A stretch of DNA of 64,000 nucleotides from an uncultured Chloroflexia bacterium (lineage in GTDB: Bacteria; Chloroflexota; Limnocylindria; Limnocylindrales; CSP1-4). Shown here in pieces: positions 60,909 to 64,000 of the stretch (within the stretch, counting starts at the first letter, position 1; each line of letters opens with the position of its first letter). A program made the position numbers and the translations under genes. The notes under the pieces are model-generated. The model searched no databases and was not told the origin of the DNA. It saw only the letters and a list, made by a program, of their open reading frames with translations. Where the stretch lies: assembly GCA_963828165.1 (NCBI GenBank), contig CAWHDR010000001.1, positions 1,792,001 to 1,856,000 of the forward strand, in the 5' to 3' direction.

Positions 60909-60959
60909 GCACCCGAGTCTAGGCCGAACCGCTGATGCGCCCACCTAGCCCTGGCGACC

Positions 60960-61247
60960 CTTGACAGACGGCGTACTGTTCGGTCCTGACCGCCGTGTGG
61001 AACACGGCGATCTCGGCGACATGGCGTATAGGCACATCGGCGCCTGTCAAGCCGGACGCGCCCGAAGCGGCTCTTGGGGGAGCCCCTTCGGGCGTCGTCG
61101 ATTCCCGGGCGTGGCAGGACCCCGTCACCCCCAAGCGACGGGGTCCTGCGGGCCAGAGTCCGCTGCTCACCAGCGCTCCGGCGGGTCGGCGCCGACCATC
61201 GCAGTCGTTCGCCGCCTAGATCGTCTCGTGCCCCCAGGCCCCGAGAC
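60960..61247. ncRNA. Candidate structured RNA (multi-hairpin, complementary loops)
   Basis: Stems 60960-61051, 61059-61094, 61114-61149, 61223-61247; CTTGGGGG / CCCCCAAG complementarity at the hairpin tips. Confidence 0.35.
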
Positions 61248-61256
61248 TTATGAGTG

Positions 61257-61400
61257 CTAGATCGCCGCCGCCTGGACCGCGATGACCGCGGGCAGGAGGA
61301 CGAGGATCAGGAGCATCGCAACCACCACGGCGACACCGCTCCGGAGCGCGGCCATGACGACCGGTCGCAGCGGGTGATCGAGGCGGATGGGTGCGTGCAT
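61257..61400 (-). CDS. 47-aa single-TM peptide MHAPIRLDHPLRPVVMAALRSGVAVVVAMLLILVLLPAVIAVQAAAI
   Basis: ATG...TAG, hydrophobic C-half, GC3 bias; no clear RBS. Confidence 0.45.
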   Translation of the reverse strand: MHAPIRLDHPLRPVVMAALRSGVAVVVAMLLILVLLPAVIAVQAAAI

Positions 61401-61445
61401 GCCGGTGAGACGCCGAACCCCTCGATTGTGTTTCGTGATTCCTAC

Positions 61446-61465
61446 TAGAACGTTTGTTCTATACT
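61446..61465 (+). promoter_or_regulatory. LexA (SOS) box abutting the -10 of dnaE2
   Basis: TAGAAC-GTTT-GTTCTA overlapping TATACT. Confidence 0.85.
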
Positions 61466-61504
61466 AGCAGGCCCTGCAAGCCCCGGCCCCCGACCGGAGA
61501 ACCC

Positions 61505-64000
61505 GTGGCCACCATCCCCTACGCCGAGCTCCACGCCCACACCAATTTCTCGTTCCTCGATGGGGCCTCGCCACCGGACGAGCTGGTCGAGCGGGCCGCG
61601 GCGATCGGCCTGGCCGGGTTGGCCGTCACCGACCGCAACGGCCTCTACGGCACCGTCCGTTTCATGGGCGCAGCCGAGGAGATCGGCATCCACGGCATCG
61701 TCGGGACGGAGATCGAGCTGCTCGATGCCGGCGTCTCCGACCCGGCCGGCGTGGTCGTCCCGTCGCGGCGTCAACGGCGACGCGCGCGAACCGCGGCCAC
61801 GCCGACCACGGAGTCGATCGTGGCGGAAGGCCATCCGTCCCGGCCCCGCCCCGAGCGCGCTCGTCTGCCCGGCCACCGCGACCCGGTCAAGGAGGACCTG
61901 CGCGGGATCGGCGAGCGGGCGCGTGGCCCGCATCTCGTGCTGCTGGCCCGCTCGGCGACAGGCTGGCGGAGCCTGTCGCGACTCATCTCCCGCGCGAACC
62001 TGGCCGGGACCAAGGGCGTGCCGCGCTTCCGCCAGGCCCTCCTCGACGAGCATCACGAAGGCCTCGTGGCGCTGTCGGGTTGTCGCCACGGGGAGATCGC
62101 GCGTCGTCTGCGGGTGGGCGATCGAGCGGGGGCCCGGGCGGTCGCGGAGCGCTACGCGACGCTGTTCGGGCGTGGCGACGATCCCGCCTCGAGCGGCTTC
62201 TTCATCGAGCTCTCGCATCACCTGCTGCCCGACGACGACTGGCTTGTGACGGAGTCGGCGGCGCTCGCCGCCGAGCTCGGACTGCCGGTCGTCGTCACCA
62301 ACGATGTCCACTACGCCACGCCCGACGATCGAGAGCTGCACGACGTCCTCACCGCGATCAAGCATGGCCGGACGCTCGAGACGCTCGCCGACCTGCGTCG
62401 GCCGGACGGCGAGTCGCACCTCAAGACAGGCGACGAGCTGGCGGCGCTCGGCGCGTCATTCGACCCGGAGCCGGCGCGGGCGTGGCGAGAGGGGATCGCC
62501 ACGTCGGTCGAGCTGGCGGCGTCGTGCACGGTCGATCTCGGCTTCGAGCAGTACCGCTTCCCGGGCTTCCCGGTGCCCAAGGGCGAGACCCCGTTCTCGT
62601 ATCTCGTCGAGTTGTGCCAGGCCGGCGCCCGGAAGCGCTATCACCCGCTGACCTCGGCCGTCGTCAAGCGGCTCGCCCACGAGCTCGATGTGATCGAGCG
62701 GGCCGGCCTCGCCGAGTTCTTCCTGATCTGCTGGGACCTGATGCGGTTCGCCAGGGAGCAGGGGATCCCGGCCCAGGGTCGGGGCAGCGCGGCGAGCTCG
62801 ATCGTGGCCTACACCCTCGGGATCAGCCGGGTCGAGCCGATCGGGCACAACCTGCTTTTCGAGCGGTTCATCAACGAGGGTCGGACGACCTATCCGGACG
62901 TCGATATCGACTTCAGCTCGGCACGAAGGGAGGAGGTCATCCAGTACGTCTACAACCGCTACGGACCGGAGCACACGGGGATGGTCTGCAACCTCGTGAC
63001 CTACCGAGCGCGCTCGGCGGTTCGCGAGGTCGGGGTGGCACTCGGGTTCCCGCGGCCGCTCGTCGATCGGGTCGCCAAGGCGCTCGAGACCTACGACTCG
63101 GTCATGGTCCGGCGCGACCTGGAGGCGGACGGCGGCTTTGCCGAGTTCTTCAAGCGGACGGGCGAAGGGGAACCAGCCGAAGCGCTGGCGGCGATGGAGG
63201 CCGAAGGACATGGCCTGGTCGACAGGATGGGCCAGCTCAACACCCGCATCCCGCTCGTCGGGAAGGTGCCGCCATGGCGCCAGCCGCAGGCGCCGGCGGA
63301 CCCGGATGCGCCGAAGCCGTTCGCCTGGCTGCGCGACCTCGAAGGGGACGAGCGGCCGCGGGTGTCGACCCGGCCGCGGGTGTCGACCCGGCCGCGGCCG
63401 GGTTTCGCGACGATCCGCTGGCGCCGCGGACGGCGATCCGGGGTGGCGGCACGTCCGGTGACGAGGGTGGGCCCGGCGACACGCCGGCGAGCGTCGCCTG
63501 GCTGCGCGCGGGGAAGGGAACCGGGTACGCGGAGGAGCGCGATCGCCTCGTGCCGCCGACGCTCGTCGAGGGTCGAGCCATCGATCCGGAGAGTGGCCAG
63601 GTCGAGCCGCCGCCGCGCCAGACCGACCGGCTGGGCAGGCCCACTCGCTGGGATCCGCCGCCGAACGCTCCGAGGTCCAAGGCGGAGCCCCGCGACGCCA
63701 TTGGCCTGAGGATTCCGCCTTCCCCGCCAGCGGCGGCGATGGGTCGGGGTGGGTCGGCGGGTCAGTCGTCGGTCGCTCGCATCGAGCCCGAGGCGCCGCC
63801 GCAGGCCCGCGGCGGTTCCACGGTCGGCCTCAGCCATTGGGAGCGCTGGCTGGAATTCTGCGCTCGGATCGATGGCTTCCCGCGCCATCTCTCGATCCAC
63901 AGCGGCGGCATGCTCGTGACGGCGGCCCCGCTCATCGACATCGCGCCGCTGGAACGGGCGACGATGCCGGATCGCGTCGTCGTCCAGTTCGACAAGCGCG
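61505..64000 (+). CDS. dnaE2: Error-prone DNA polymerase III alpha (DnaE2/ImuC); apparent indel ~63345; runs off the window end
   Basis: YAELHAHTNFSFLDGAS, TNDVHYA, GRGSAASS, LFERF, PDVDIDF; GFPRHLSIHSGGM and VVQFDK in the shifted frame; SOS box. Confidence 0.93.
63352..63397 (+). repeat. 18-bp tandem repeat (~2.5 copies) inside the dnaE2 insertion
   Basis: (CGGCCGCGGGTGTCGACC)x2 + CGGCCGCGG. Confidence 0.75.

Noticed and set aside
63130-63840. Intein in DnaE2
   Set aside because: No splice-junction motifs or LAGLIDADG blocks; composition is low-complexity.
1599-64000. Frameshifts in nagA, PTE, comEC, the zinc-ribbon gene, imuA, imuB and dnaE2 read as pseudogenes or programmed frameshifting
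   Set aside because: Scattered single-base indels in unrelated genes, with no in-frame nonsense decay, intact motifs and no shared slippery site. This is most consistent with long-read or assembly error; read remapping is needed to confirm.

Overview
High-GC bacterial chromosomal window. Gene content, Ala/Pro/Ser-rich lipoprotein linkers and GAAC-N4-GTTC SOS boxes suggest a monoderm, possibly Chloroflexota such as Limnocylindria (inference only). Bases 1-26 kb are a large carbohydrate-catabolism locus: nagA, GntR, ROK kinase, sugar ABC transporter, SIS protein, deoC, two Gfo/Idh/MocA oxidoreductases, two xylose-isomerase-like TIM barrels (one Tat-exported), a secreted ThuA/GSDH/PKD/CBM protein, a DUF1080 lipoprotein, a ROK repressor, a PTE-family protein, an FAD oxidoreductase and an SDR. 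Together these resemble a 3-ketoglycoside oxidation-elimination pathway. Bases 26-46 kb are mostly housekeeping (MocR, rho, LysM/M23, obgE, nadD, rsfS, holA, comEC, comEA, dodecin, leuS). They also hold a CGNR/ABATE zinc-finger regulator divergent from an unannotated 38-aa peptide operon, with two GTAACC-N18-GGTTAC palindromes. Bases 46-57 kb carry two tRNA-Ala genes, an ECF sigma/anti-sigma pair, a D-aminoacylase, an ABC exporter and a two-component system. Bases 57-64 kb carry a LexA-boxed imuA-imuB-(ImuB-C-like ORF) ... dnaE2 cassette, interrupted by small ORFs and a structured element with complementary hairpin loops; DnaE2 has a large insertion. Single-base frameshifts in several unrelated genes look like sequencing or assembly indels. 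No CRISPR array, integrase or transposase was seen. All family assignments come from motif recognition by eye, not database searches.
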